Source of the DNA: Trichoplax adhaerens
Taxonomy: Eukaryota > Animalia > Placozoa
Assembly: GCF_000150275.1 (NCBI RefSeq)
Contig: NW_002060948.1
Location: 4,228,759-4,292,758, forward strand
Direction of reading: 5' to 3'
DNA: 64,000 nucleotides
Position numbers and translations under genes: made by a program. Shown here in pieces: positions 1 through 13,284 of the stretch; the stretch's first letter is position 1; each line of letters opens with the position of its first letter. The notes beneath the pieces were generated by a model. That model was not told the origin of the DNA. It ran no database searches and saw nothing but the letters and a program-made list of their open reading frames with translations.

Positions 1-669
1 TATGCATGCACAAGCACCTGTAGTCGTTGCTGAAAATATAAAACACACGTATTCGCGATCAAATTGAATATTATTCAAAATTTATTCTTGATGTACCAAT
101 ACTGCTAATTATAATCAAAGTTATTATGTATATTAGGCTATTGATATGAATAGAACTTTGTAAGAACTAATGCTCTGAAAACTAATTTTAAAGATTGAGT
201 ATAGGTCTCATTTATTGACAATGAGGATAATTTTCTAATATATCTTGGTATCGATTTCATTCGAAGCGAGTAATTGCTATATTCTATCTTAACCTATCCA
301 TCTTATTCGACCTAGAAAAAATAGAGTAGTTAGTAATAGCTAAAGCATATCTTAATTCTAACCTAGGTAAAATAGAGCGGTTTATTCCAATATCGCTTGT
401 CTCTATTATTGTTATTATTACTGAGGAAATATATTTGTCGTCCATCATACATTACTTAAATAGCAAATAAAATATGTCTTCATTTAAGCCTCATAAGTTA
501 GCGTACAATATTATTTGATGAGACATATACTGCACTTGCACATCTGGCGAAGAAATGCTGTGATCATCGTATAAATATTTTATAAATATATTCCATTCGT
601 AGTCATACTGTAGCTGTACGGTATTCAATGGATTAATGCGACGTTGATCCAAATCTACCGCGTTGCTAC

Positions 670-1647
670 TTAATGATCTTGATAGGGGAACGAACCAGAT
701 ATCATGAAATTGATATCATTGGACACTTGACTAAGATAGGATTTAAATGAATGTTCATGCACTGCAGTTTCGACTTCATAAGCAATTGATCGACCAATGG
801 CTTCTGCTTTCTTTCTAAAATTGCCCCAAAAAGTGCCATCACTTTTATCTCGATCCTTTTCTGACGGTGTTTTATTGTCGGAACTACAATTCCCATTCAG
901 TATCGGATGGACGACGACATTATAAGACTCAAACAATACTAATAGGTAGTCTTGGCATTCTTGAAGTGAATATTGATTCGTGAGTTTCTTTTCATCTTTC
1001 AAAACTTGAAGTACTATTTCAGAAATAGCTCGTTCTGTAGCCATAATGTTAGCCGCTTCTTGCTTGTTTTTACCCATAGTACGTAGAGAGTTGTATCTAC
1101 GAAATACATATGCCAAAGATTTATCTTGGGATGATAACGTGACCGCAACAAGAGATACATGATCTTTCTCTTTGATATGATTTACAACCATGGTCGATTT
1201 TGTGTTCGGGATGAGTTTAGCTCCACCATAACAAATTACTACTAAACGCTTAGTGTTTTGTTGTTCTACCAAGTTGAGTGCAAGATCGGTCAAGGTTGCA
1301 CCATGACTATGAGCTAAAATAACACCGTAGATAACATTTGGGGGATCACAAGACGAATAGAGAGTTTGCATTTTATTCTGAAGTACCGTAGCTAGTCGAC
1401 TGGCCGATTCGGCTTGACGATTGATTTCTTCTTGGTGATCTAAAAATGTGCTAAAAACATAATTGACTATATTGGTTCTGTTATGGAATAAGTCAACAGA
1501 GAATGAATTGGAATGCATTCCCAGTAAATCAGTAATCCTGGCAACCGAGTTTTGAGCATCAGCAAAACTATTTCCAAGTCCATTGACATAGAGGAAGAAA
1601 GCTCCTGATTTGAGTTGCATCTGGCAAGGATTACAATAGTTGGACAT
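670..1647 (-). CDS. Intronless alpha/beta-hydrolase-fold protein, DUF687-like (putative lipase/esterase)
   Basis: 325-aa ORF from ATG to TAA. It has LYVNGLGN near the N-terminus, a nucleophile-elbow-like AHSHG, then YGGA, candidate Asp (DHVS) and candidate His (HEHSF). The family assignment is by motif recognition only. Confidence 0.6.
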   Translation of the reverse strand: MSNYCNPCQMQLKSGAFFLYVNGLGNSFADAQNSVARITDLLGMHSNSFSVDLFHNRTNIVNYVFSTFLDHQEEINRQAESASRLATVLQNKMQTLYSSCDPPNVIYGVILAHSHGATLTDLALNLVEQQNTKRLVVICYGGAKLIPNTKSTMVVNHIKEKDHVSLVAVTLSSQDKSLAYVFRRYNSLRTMGKNKQEAANIMATERAISEIVLQVLKDEKKLTNQYSLQECQDYLLVLFESYNVVVHPILNGNCSSDNKTPSEKDRDKSDGTFWGNFRKKAEAIGRSIAYEVETAVHEHSFKSYLSQVSNDINFMISGSFPYQDH

Positions 1648-2065
1648 GGTTGTTCAGCAGTTGTTATTACGTTTCTAGAGTAATTGTATGACAATCAAGT
1701 TACTGGTGTCTCCTTCTCTTCAATGGTACGGATTGGATAGCCCACAGATCGTCTATCACTTTAATTTAATATTATGTCAATCTTGTCCAGGCTATACGCG
1801 ATACAAACTTTCACTCCGACGATTTCGGATTTCAAGTTAGCTATGGTCTGACATTATATCATCACTAATCCGTTCTTAACAATATTTCCAAATAGGTCGC
1901 TAAGAAGGGTCCAAACTTAGCAGAAAATAGCTTGCTATTACTTGCCTAGCTAAATTCATAAGGCGTATTGACAGGTCTTCACTAGACATTCGTCCATTCA
2001 ACCGTAGGATACAGTTGAACTGTCGTGACTTAACAGTTCGATCTAGTTCTGCCACTGATCCTAAT

Positions 2066-2288
2066 TACAGTACAGTACTGTACAGTACAGTTACACTCCA
2101 TTGTCCAGTTGCAGTTCATTAGTCTGTACTGTAGAACGTCATTGTCGATGTCTAAAAATACTGTACAGTAGTACAGTACGGTACAGTACAGTAGAATAAA
2201 GTATTGATTGATATGATTCTACAGTACTGTACTGTACTGTAGTACTGTACGTATACTACTGTACTGTACTGTACTGTATACTGTACTG
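2066..2288. repeat. (CAGTA)n/(TACTG)n pentanucleotide microsatellite tracts in opposed orientation
   Basis: CAGTA-type units at 2066-2092 and 2161-2193, and TACTG-type units at 2221-2288. Further degenerate units near 3098-3150. Confidence 0.85.
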
Positions 2289-2620
2289 AATAGTGAACAC
2301 TGTTCAGTGAAGCTTCGTTCTGAAGCTGCTGACGGAGAAATGCGCCAGAAGAGACATTTCGCCTTCATGTTTGTATTATACGAAATCTCTGTTCTGGCGA
2401 TTTTCGTTTCCCAACTTTTGCATGGCAAAGTATATAGTAATTAATTAATTATGACTATGTGCTTCGACTGTTCTTGCATAATGGTATAAAGTATTAAAAA
2501 TTTTTACGTTAGTTGAACCAATATTTCTTCCCTTTTTCTCAGTCTGAAATGAAAAATAAAGCACATCGTACATTAAGTTGTGCCTTGTACAGTACAAGCC
2601 AGTAAAAAGCGGCTACAACC

Positions 2621-2728
2621 AGGGACTACTCGAATTCGAGAAGTCCCTACTATAACTAGCTCATAAAGTTAAGTAAAAAACATGTCTAAGAAAAAAACTG
2701 TTTTTTTCTTAACTTTTTGAACTAGCTA
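2621..2728. repeat. Adjacent palindrome and inverted repeat
   Basis: 28-bp near-perfect palindrome AGGGACTACTCGAATTCGAGAAGTCCCT at 2621-2648. Then 30-bp arms at 2653-2682 and 2699-2728, about 26/30 complementary. Confidence 0.75.
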
Positions 2729-5700
2729 CAATCAAAAGTATGCCTAAATTTCATAGAAGAAGCCCTGGACGGGACTGATCACTACGGGATGGACAGACAT
2801 TTCCCCCTTCATCTCGTCAAAATACAGTCAGTACTGTAAAGTATTGTACCAACCACCTCGCTATAGCTCTGCAGTACTTTTTTAGTATGTAAACGGTCGA
2901 TTTCGAATTGATTGATACTTACTTAATTAAGTCATGATTGAATCTTATTGTCTGTTACAAAGTTCTACTTGAAAACGTATTGATTCAAAAACAGCTATAT
3001 AAGATCATAGACGCTATTTAAATTAGTACTAGTGATTTAGAAAACAGAGATGGAAGATCCATACCACAGCAAGTTGCCATTTTTCGATAACAGATATACT
3101 GCACTGTAGACAGTACAGTATAGTTAGACAGTACAGTGCGATACTGCACTCCGTGTCCGTCTCATTTGGAAAGGAAAGTCCGTCTGTCTGAGGGTTGTGA
3201 TCTGTCCACTGTGTCCAGTGAGTGTCCCGGCATTCTTCTAGTAGTCCAAGACTGAGTAGTAAAAATTAAATTATGAATAAAAAACATGAAAAATACGATC
3301 ATTATGGATCTTTCTAGATACGAGTATGAAGGTCTACAATAATATAAAGAAGCCATCAGTATTATAGAATAGGATCCGTAAATGAAATTATCCAATGTAA
3401 GGGTCACGTGGTAATAACTGATGCATATTGCCGAATAGGCGCCTGCACTTACTGTTCACTGCAGCACTGTACCGTACAGTACTGAGTGAAATGTGGTATT
3501 ATGTTGAGTAATTGCTAATTTCTATTAATGACATTCATAATTTTTCTTACTTTTGCCTCGATGGAGTACTACAAAACGGCCATACTGTAAGCTACTCGAA
3601 CTAGACGTACATACGTTCTTTGATGGCGGATACGCAGATCTCAGAATCTTCAATGATAGTAGGCTGTCTTAGAACTAATCAAAAATAAATGGCTGCATTA
3701 TAATAGCTAGTCCTACTTGTCAAATACGAAACGCCTACAATAGATCAGCTCACAATATAATAATGAAATTCTATTGATAATAAATAAAAAATGGAAACTA
3801 GCCTCGATCAGTTATTTATATTCTGGTATAGAAAAACATATACACCATAATAAATATTAAATGAAGCAGCTATGCCTCACAATAATTTAATTTACTTGCT
3901 TTAGATACTACTGCACTCGTGTGAAGGTGTATAATGTCGCTATCTTATATTACCTATATAACAACAGCAATGATCGAAAAACTATCTAGCGAGTAGAGCT
4001 CATGCTGTATATGAATATACAGTACGAGCATACTGGTATTTATTGTTGGAGTAAGGCCAATTGATCGTTTATGCTAATTCATTGTATTATAAATCTTGCT
4101 TTATTTTCGTTACTGATGAATGAAAATTTCAATTAGATGTCGGATAATAATCTTGATCGTAATATAACGTTCGCGTACGTACAGTATAACAAATTGTAGT
4201 TATGAAATTACGGTATTAAAATTTTTAAACGTTTCAGAACTAATTCGTAAAACTCGTACTGTAAGTACTCACAAGTAAATACTGATCAAAACTGTCAGCT
4301 ATCGCTATTCTTAAGTCGAAATTAGTATAAATTTAAGGTCTACTTTAAACTACATTAGAGTACGCATACAACATGACATTTACTATAAATATATAATCAG
4401 AATACGGTCTGACTTTGAACTCTCTTATACGTTAGATATCTAACTAGTACATTCGGCCTTCCCCCCCCCCCCCCCCAAAAAAAAAAAAAATTAGTTTTAC
4501 AATTCTGGATATGCTAACAATCTACGTATATAACATTATTACCGTCACGATGCTCGTGACAGATGGCCAATGACCACATTGATATCATAATGGATAAGTT
4601 AAGGTCATAATGTGTTACAATTTTTTGTATTTGAATAATATATGTGCTTATCACAATTATCAATTGCCAGATATTGTTTAATATTGTCCCTTTCACCTAC
4701 TTTAGTATTATCGTATAAGCGTATACATACCGCATATTATAAGCTTGTATCATCTCATTTTGTTTATTTTGTAACACTATCTTGCACTATTCTTTTTATT
4801 AACACCGATAGTTTTATTCATATCATGAGTTAAGGCTGATTTTGATAGATCATGAATTGATATCAGATGATTTTATAATATAATTTGTTAAGAAATCACA
4901 CTCGTTTAGCACATCTTCCATTTTAATTAAAATAGAATGGTAAAAGAAATCAAAAGTGACCAGCAAATAATCATAATGTCTTCATAATGCTGAGATATCC
5001 TCTAAGTGGTAAGTGGTAGAGATCGCTTAATGTTCTTAAATTATAAACTTGATATTAATTTAAATTTTTACCTTGAAGACCTATAATCAGGGGCAAATAA
5101 GTCTGCTACTGCTACGGTTGAACTAGAACGTGTTCAAACCTAACCAGGGCTAGAAATTCAGGGATGGAAATATTTTAGAGAGATTGTACTATATTGAAAG
5201 ATGTAACGATTACTTTTAAAGACACAAAATCGATGCATGCATGGTAACTAGTCTCAAAAATAAGAATTTACTAATACTTTAAAAATTAACCAGGACAGTA
5301 AACAATCGTGAAATATAGCATGGAATTAAAGGGAGAGATAACATCTGCTAAATATATCTCAATATTATGATTATTCATAATTGAAGATTTCAGCCGTAAT
5401 ATGGTTAAAAGGTTACTTATTTACGATAGATAAAGAGGCAATATTAAATCTTAAATGTATAATTAATCGGGTAAAGCGAATAATCTTGCGATCGCTCTAA
5501 GCTACGAGGTAAAATTTTACTAGTGAGGTAGCAAAGGTAATAGAATAGGCGTAAGTCACGATTACATATGTGTCTTCTGACAGCCAATCATTTATTTATT
5601 TGTCCTAAAAAATTGCACGTGTATTCGACCATATATACTATACTACATAATGGGCCAGTGTTTTCTACTTTAAGTGACATGTTTTCATATTTTTAATGGA

Positions 5701-6032
5701 TTAAGTAGCTATAACTATCATTGAAAAGGAATGAGCAATGCAGTTACTGTACCTTAAACGGTATCTTAATTTATGGCGCTAACATATCGTAAGCCATTAC
5801 TGTAGGTAGGGCATACAAAAGGAATACCTAACAATTTCCAATCTATCGCGGTTTTGCTCATCTTTGTTATTGAAAGGTTTCTCATCCACTGCCATAATAA
5901 ATTGGGTTACTATCTAATCGTATTGATCAATTTAATCGAAATGCGCAGAAAATCAGACATTATTTAATCCTGATTACATGGACGAAGTCGTATAGTTATG
6001 GTACTGCTATTCGTTGTTCTAATCGATTCGCT

Positions 6033-7163
6033 TTAGTGTTGTTTATTATAAGTAAGGTAATTATACCCTTTATCAAAAGATTTTTCATTCACTGCTTTAG
6101 TAATATTGATGCTGATGTGATTTGTGTGGATAAAGTTGCTGTTTTCCAAGTTACTCATTGATAGGTGCATGGCATCTTGATGTTGACGACGACAGCATGT
6201 CGCTATCATGTCTTGACGAAGACTTTTATTAAAAATAAGATAAACAATTGGATTGATAAAAGCAGTTAACATGATGGGCACGGTAGAAAATCCTGCAATA
6301 GTTCCTTCAAAAATTTTACCACTTGCTCTTAATGACATAAAATTGGCACCAGTATAGATGAGACCTAATGTTGTAGCCCAATATGGCCACGTTGCTAAGA
6401 TAAAAATGACTGTAATACCAATTATTAAACGTATTGCTGATTTTCTCATTTCCTTATAAGCTCGCCGTTGTTCTTGTGTACTTACTCCAGGTCGAGTCAT
6501 ATTTTTTAATTTACTGATGACTTGGCAGTAGAAAATTAAAATCACAATGATTGGTAAGAGATAAAAGATAATTATGATCATGGTATAAATAACTTGAACA
6601 CTGACTAAACCTAGTTTGTATGATAAATCACAAGTAAATGGGAAATAAGGGTCTACGATAGTTGTCACCGATATTAATACTCCAACAATTGTACCAAGAA
6701 GCCATGATAAAATAATGTAATATTTAATTCTTCGATTATGACTTCTTTCATTCGACAACGGAGTTATAATTCTTTTGTAGCGATCATAGCTTATAAAAGT
6801 TAATGTAACTATGGAGGTACCATAATTTGTACCAATTAAGAAAAAGGAAATATGGCAGTTAACAGACATAACTAATATCGGTAATGATATTTTAATGTAA
6901 ATAAATTGTAAGATACCGAAAAATAATAACGAAAGGCTATATAAAAGATCAGCAACAGCTAAGTTAGCTATTAATATAAATGATGCTACGTGCATTCGTT
7001 TAATATACCAAACAGTAACAATAGTCCATGTTTGAAATATAATTCCAATAATACCACAAATCATAGTAATAATAGCAAATAGGCCATAAGATTGCTGAAT
7101 TTGTTGTAATTGTATGGGGTTAGTTGAATTTGTTAATGCCGATGCTGCAGCTTGTATTTCCAT
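6033..7163 (-). CDS. Class A (rhodopsin-like) GPCR, intronless, orphan
   Basis: 376 aa with seven hydrophobic segments. NLAVAD (TM2), SYDRY (TM3), TWPY (TM6), NPIVY (TM7), TM3/ECL2 cysteines and a C-terminal CC. Confidence 0.95.
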   Translation of the reverse strand: MEIQAAASALTNSTNPIQLQQIQQSYGLFAIITMICGIIGIIFQTWTIVTVWYIKRMHVASFILIANLAVADLLYSLSLLFFGILQFIYIKISLPILVMSVNCHISFFLIGTNYGTSIVTLTFISYDRYKRIITPLSNERSHNRRIKYYIILSWLLGTIVGVLISVTTIVDPYFPFTCDLSYKLGLVSVQVIYTMIIIIFYLLPIIVILIFYCQVISKLKNMTRPGVSTQEQRRAYKEMRKSAIRLIIGITVIFILATWPYWATTLGLIYTGANFMSLRASGKIFEGTIAGFSTVPIMLTAFINPIVYLIFNKSLRQDMIATCCRRQHQDAMHLSMSNLENSNFIHTNHISINITKAVNEKSFDKGYNYLTYNKQH

Positions 7164-10100
7164 ATTTTTGGGGAATTTAATTTTTGGTAGTAATAACGAT
7201 AATCTGATCTACCTAAATGATCGGTATAAAGAAAATCTGTAAACTGCATTGATTTATAGTACCATCAATTCCTTTTGTAGATATCATCAGGCCATTGTTT
7301 AAAGATGAACTAATACATTATGAGCAATTCATGAACAACTGTTTAATTATTAATCAATACGTTGAATAAGTCGTAATAACGTCTGAGATTGGATCAAGGA
7401 AAAACCAATGTCAATGCACTATATTAATATTGTCAATGTTATGCAAGAATAGCAAATAGATCATTCAGTTCTCATTTAAGTTTTAATCTTATTTTTTATA
7501 TACTAACATTCGTTTTAAGTTATTCTATATTAAAAATATTAGAAAACCAAAAATGAAATGATAACAGTTAGTGCAAAGTAATTTTAATCTTCTAGCAGTT
7601 TATAATGCATGCCAATACTCTAAATATGTTATAAATTTGACTGTAATGATTAAGGATACTAAGATGTAAGAGAGTGTATTTTTATTAAAATATCTAAACT
7701 TTTATAATCCGTGTAGCATACTACTGTAAATCATTTGATTTGAGCTAATCGAAATGATATTTATTACCGGTTTCATCGATTGAGGTATGTTTCCATTTCA
7801 ACGTACAGAATATAATACGAGTATTAATAAAAATATACCTTTAACGATAAATATGATATTCCTGCATGCTTATCAAATCTGTCAATCATTAAAAGTTGAG
7901 GATAAGCAAGGGATTTTATTCAAGGAATCAAATTAAGCATTATAAATTGTTCTGGCTTGGATACTACTCGTATTGTAACCACTATAGATTATAATCATTC
8001 CTTTATAACGGATTGATTTAAATAAGAAAATTCAATTATTTCTGTTTCTACTTCAGCATAATACGAAATTTCATAGGATAATAAAAAGCAGAGAATTTTC
8101 TCAATTGTCGTAGTAAAAATTAGATAGTTATTTTCGTCTAGTCAATTAGTCGTTAAATAGTGGTGGTAACCAAAAAGCATTTTTATACAAGAAATGAAAT
8201 CAAGCATTACGGATAGTTGTGATATTGGTGTAATAACGAATGAAAAGAATTATTGATCTATAATTATAATAATAGATATTTCAATGAGATGATTTAGTTT
8301 CAATTTAGTTGGAATCAAAGATAATGTTTGTAATATCTTCATTGTTAATGTTATACTTGTGCAAATAAAACTATCCGATAACTTTGAAGAGTGATTATTA
8401 ATTAGATGATATACAAAAGTTCATTTTATGTCAATTATCAATCAGGTTGGTCTATTCATAATTTTATATGGCGTTTATAATTTATATATAGAAGATTTTC
8501 CCATTACATAACGGTGACTAAATTTATATTTAAGGTTCTGTATTTTCATTTTGCTTTCAATCTTAAGTATCGCATATTATATACGTGTACTCAATGCATC
8601 TTTATCACCGTTAATAAAGTTGTAAATCACACTGCTCTTTTATTAAGGGAAATATAGTGAGCATATCACCATAAAATCAGTCTTGCATACATGTTACTAG
8701 CGTGCTTTTCCTATTCAATTTTACAAGATTGCCCTAGTAAAAGTAACTGATAATAAATTAAGCTAGAGTAGGGTACGATCAATATTTTATTTTGATGTAA
8801 GACATGCTATTGGATGTTAGATCAGGCTACTTGTTAATCGCAATTACGGTCAGAATGATAGTATTCCCGAATAATTTTAATAATGAAAATACACTAGATA
8901 ATAATAACTACACATTGATGCTGAAAAGCAGACAGTTTTATTCCTTTCAGTCTAAAGTTACTTTAATTTAGAGCTAAAGAATTTTTATTAGTGGTTTATT
9001 AATAATATCTAGGTCTGTCTTATTCTTCAATTGTTTAGCCTATTCAGATTATTTTACGAATTTATAGCATGATATGTTAATAACTGATTTACACCAAACT
9101 TACAAAAAAAATTAATTATTTCATTTAGGTAAGATTACTTAGAACGTATAGCGTAATTCTTATGAATAAAATGTTGAAAATTCATAAAATTTTAGATTGA
9201 TTTAATAGCCTATTGTTTTGAGCTACATTGTGAAACGATTTCAATGAAAGTCTGAGGTAATGATGATATTTCATGCCTGCTATTAATTAATTTTAGATAA
9301 ATTTATAATCATTTTGTAGGGATTGCTGTTATCTGTGAGTAAAATTGATTTGATTTAATAGTGTAGGAGTTGTTTGCCGCCATGTATAAGTTACTAGACC
9401 TGTAATTATTATTTCTAGCCACTTATTATACTAAGGTTGGTTATTGGCTGTATAACGTAGAATAAGATACGTTACTTCTATATCAATTTCTTTAAAACTA
9501 ATCCCTTAAAAGTATAAAACTCTCAAGTTTTATTCATGATCATGGAATATTTCTTAACAAGCTAGTGCATTTTTTGCTAATATGCTTATGATCAGTTAGT
9601 ATTTATGTGCAGCACTATCGAGAGATTTGATTCGTTATCATCGTGTATTTGTTTCTCATTGCGATATTAAAACTGCTTATTACATTCATGGTGCTTATTC
9701 TTGCATTGTAGGATTAATTTTTGAATATATAGTTTGTACTTCTAATGATCAATTTCCTGCTGATAAAATGTAACAGTAGCTTTGATACAAAAAATAGTGA
9801 AAAGTATTATGCTATAATTGTGGTATCCGCTTTAAATTCTAATTTCAGGTAAATTTTTAGAATATTTGTATTCGCATTTTCTAGAGGCTCTAATATATCA
9901 ACTATTCCATACTATATATACCTTAATTTTATTTTTATCTCTACAAACTTTACCAGTTCGGCTATTTTCCTCAAATTTTGTAATCGACTTTAAACTTGAG
10001 AATATCTCTATGGTACCAAAATATTTTGACGTTATTAAATTATTAATACTTCACAAATGTAACTAAATTGGAATAAAGAATATATTTTAATTTATTATTT

Positions 10101-10439
10101 TTTAGCATATTTCAATAAAATCATTCTATTTATTGTTCTCTGATTAAATTTTCCTACTTTATTATAATATATCCGATAAAAATGATTTATTTCTGATAGT
10201 ATTTTCTGCTTTATATCCTATAATCATTAAGATAGTAATTCAGAAGGTTTCCATCCTATATTGGTATATCATAGGTTGAATAAATGAAGATGCCGATACA
10301 TTAATGCTTCTATTAATAGCACTGATTCTCAGGGCGATTGAATAATTCATGCTGCGAATTGAGCTTCAGATGCGGAATGTAACTGGGTGGGTACATATTG
10401 GGTGCAGTATTTTCGTCTGATACAATTGAAATTTCGAGC

Positions 10440-11110
10440 TTCGTTTCTTAATGTGATAAATAACTGCAATCACTGGATTTTAACCATAAGTTCAGCAATC
10501 TATCAATTTAAGATTTGAGCTATAAAAAAATAGAGCAAATTCCAAATGCAATACACACTGATCAATACTGCAATAAACTTTGAAAGTTACGTTCATAACG
10601 GCTAAGTCTTTAGGAAAAGAATCCATTTTCTTTCTCTCAAAATAAGAACACAGTTGAAAGGGGCTAAGATACACCGTATAAATGACTTTAACTCTGGAAT
10701 ATCAATTTCATATAACTTATACAAAACAAAATCAATCAATCGTATACTATTTTGCAGTGCCTTAAGCAAGAATTAGAAATAGTATCGCCATACAGTCAAG
10801 AATAGTACTTTATATAACTGTCGTATGTTACGGCCTTTTATACAGTTAATAGCAGTATTACAAATGCCATGCATCATATCAGTCATAACCTATCATTACT
10901 GTACTTTATTAAGCACAATCGACTATGATATATCATATTTTATTTCATATCACGCTTGCAAATCATGAGTACTACTATACGAGTAATTTACTGAAATAAC
11001 TAAAATAACTAAGTATTTTCTGTATTTCATGCAAAAATTTATACCTTACATTTTGTAGATCAAAGACATTAATTATGAAGTAGTTTACGCAGGGGAATAT
11101 TCCTGTAAGA
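10440..11110 (-). pseudogene. Decayed class A GPCR pseudogene (boundaries approximate)
   Basis: Ordered minus-strand remnants across frameshifts and stops: NYFIINV (TM2-like, ~11065-11085), MIGYD*YD (DRY with TGA at 10879-10881), KFIAVLISVYCIWNLLYFF (TM6-like) and NPVIAVIY (TM7-like, 10456-10479). Confidence 0.55.
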
Positions 11111-12734
11111 TTACAAAAGAACTGTGTGCTAGCTAGTGCTAGCTCGATAGAACATCGATATATAATATTCAATGGCTGAATATCTGATTTTATGTATGTG
11201 TTATTCCCAGCATGAATATCATGACGTTTTTAGTAGCGTTTGGTAATATCAAATTTTCTTTTACTGTGAGTGCATGGCAATATTATCTCCTTATTTCATT
11301 TCCTATTTGCATAGGATATCATCGATAGGGCTGCCTTATTTTTAAATTAAATTTCCTGATAACGATTCGTATTTACAGTGATAATTTTATCAATACCATA
11401 AGCGCATGATTTTAATAGTTTGCCCCTGTTATACGTAAATCTGTTTGGAAACCAGGTGTACTTGAGATTAATATAGCAAAATTTGTTTTACTATACTACA
11501 AAATGACTAAATTAATTGCAATTATTGTAAAATTACGCTCGCAGGCTAATATTAGATTAAGTAATAAAACATTATATCATATAATTTTAGTCATATTTAC
11601 TTCAGCGTTTTTATAGAATAGTCGAACAGTATGATTTGCCATTTTATTTGCATTATATTAAAAACTACTATTCTAGTATTGTACTGATAAATCAGATTTT
11701 AATTTCTAATATCTACCTATAGCTTTGGCATACTATGAATCTAGGCTATTAATGGATACTTAGCGATGACATTTGACCTTACTTCTCACGATATTGTTTC
11801 CGTCTTCGGGCTAATTTAGATTATGCTTGAACTATTCTTTTAGCAATAACATCAAGTTATCTATTTTAAATTTACACTTTTTTAATAAGATTTACTGTTA
11901 ATTTTATTGCAGATCATAACAGGATGTATGAAATATAACATTATTCAATGCTAGAAGCAATCTGTTAATAATAGCATAAAATTAATAATTATATTATAGA
12001 CAGTTATTAATATTAGGAAATGGATAATTTTCTGAATTCACAATTCAAAGGGTACTCATATTTTTATATGAGCGTTATTAATTGATGATTAGAAATATGA
12101 ACATGTTCACCAAATGGAAAGTGTCTGCTTGATTTTCAAGTGATATTTTATATTATCTAAACATGGACTATTTTGGAATCATTTTCAGTAAGGAATTATT
12201 TAGTGATAAAAGGAAAGGTAATATAGAAATTTGCAGATAGTTGTATCAGGGCTCCTAGCTTGTACGGTTATACCATATAGTAAATTATCAGTATTTCCTA
12301 ATCTAATCAATTTTGAAATTGTGTCACTTACCTAGTTAAAAGTTAATGTAATATATAAGCGATCATGCACAGGTGAAGATGAAGAAGTGAAATATACGCT
12401 TAAATTTGTGCACACATTTGGTATAAAGCTGCGAATTCTTACTAACGGGTCTGTATGCATTTGATCAAAAGTAAGATTAAAAATCCTTTTCTAATATATA
12501 CTGGGGTAGCTGTCCCGTTAACAGATGGTGATCAACATTGAATATATTTTATTATTTAATCATTTGGATTACACTGTCTGCTAGAGTATTATAATACTTA
12601 ATGTTTTTAGACTAAATTTACAGAAGGTTTTTGATATGTAGTAGTTTGAATATGACGGATTTGCCCGCTTCCTTTGAGGAAGTGAGTTGCAGAGTATTAA
12701 TACAATTAGTAATAGTAGTTACTATTTAGACTCA

Positions 12735-13284
12735 TGTGATATATACCAATCACGAGATTCCAAATTTTAGAAAAATAAGGGCTTTATTGAATCTTATACA
12801 AAGATTAACTACACAGCTCTACTCTAGCCGAATACTACTTCTAAAGACTTCTAGAACGAACTAACAGAATAATCTAAAGTTGCATGCTTTTATACTTTCC
12901 GTAGCATTCGCAGCTACAATCCGCATGGCAACCTTTTACCTTATTTTACACATAGTTAAATTATTCTTAATAAGACTATTCTACTGCGGGCCATCATTAA
13001 TCCAATATGGATACGACTACAGTACTTACGTAGACATTATTCACACCAGCCAAAGTACAATGAATTAACCATATCCTAATATATGATTTATAGTTCTATT
13101 TTTACCTATAGCCATATTAGTAACTCAACAGCTTACTGTATATAGTCATCTGTACTCTAGCATAGAGTCTCTACCACTACAGTCTATAGTTACAGCTACC
13201 AAATATCTCTTAGGATAAATATCTACTGTACATTATACTACACATGGCTAACAGTCTACAATCACAATACTAAGTTACATTACA
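12735..13284 (-). mobile_element. Solo LTR, family B (550 bp)
   Basis: Minus-strand termini TGTAA...TCACA. 5-bp TSD ACTCA at 12730-12734 and 13285-13289. TATAAAA (~12887-12893) and AATAAA (~12783-12788) on the minus strand. Its 3' end resembles 48539-48954. Confidence 0.75.

Noticed and set aside
4461-4490. Poly-C followed by poly-A as a retroposon tail
   Set aside because: No TSD or element body identified; simple homopolymer runs.
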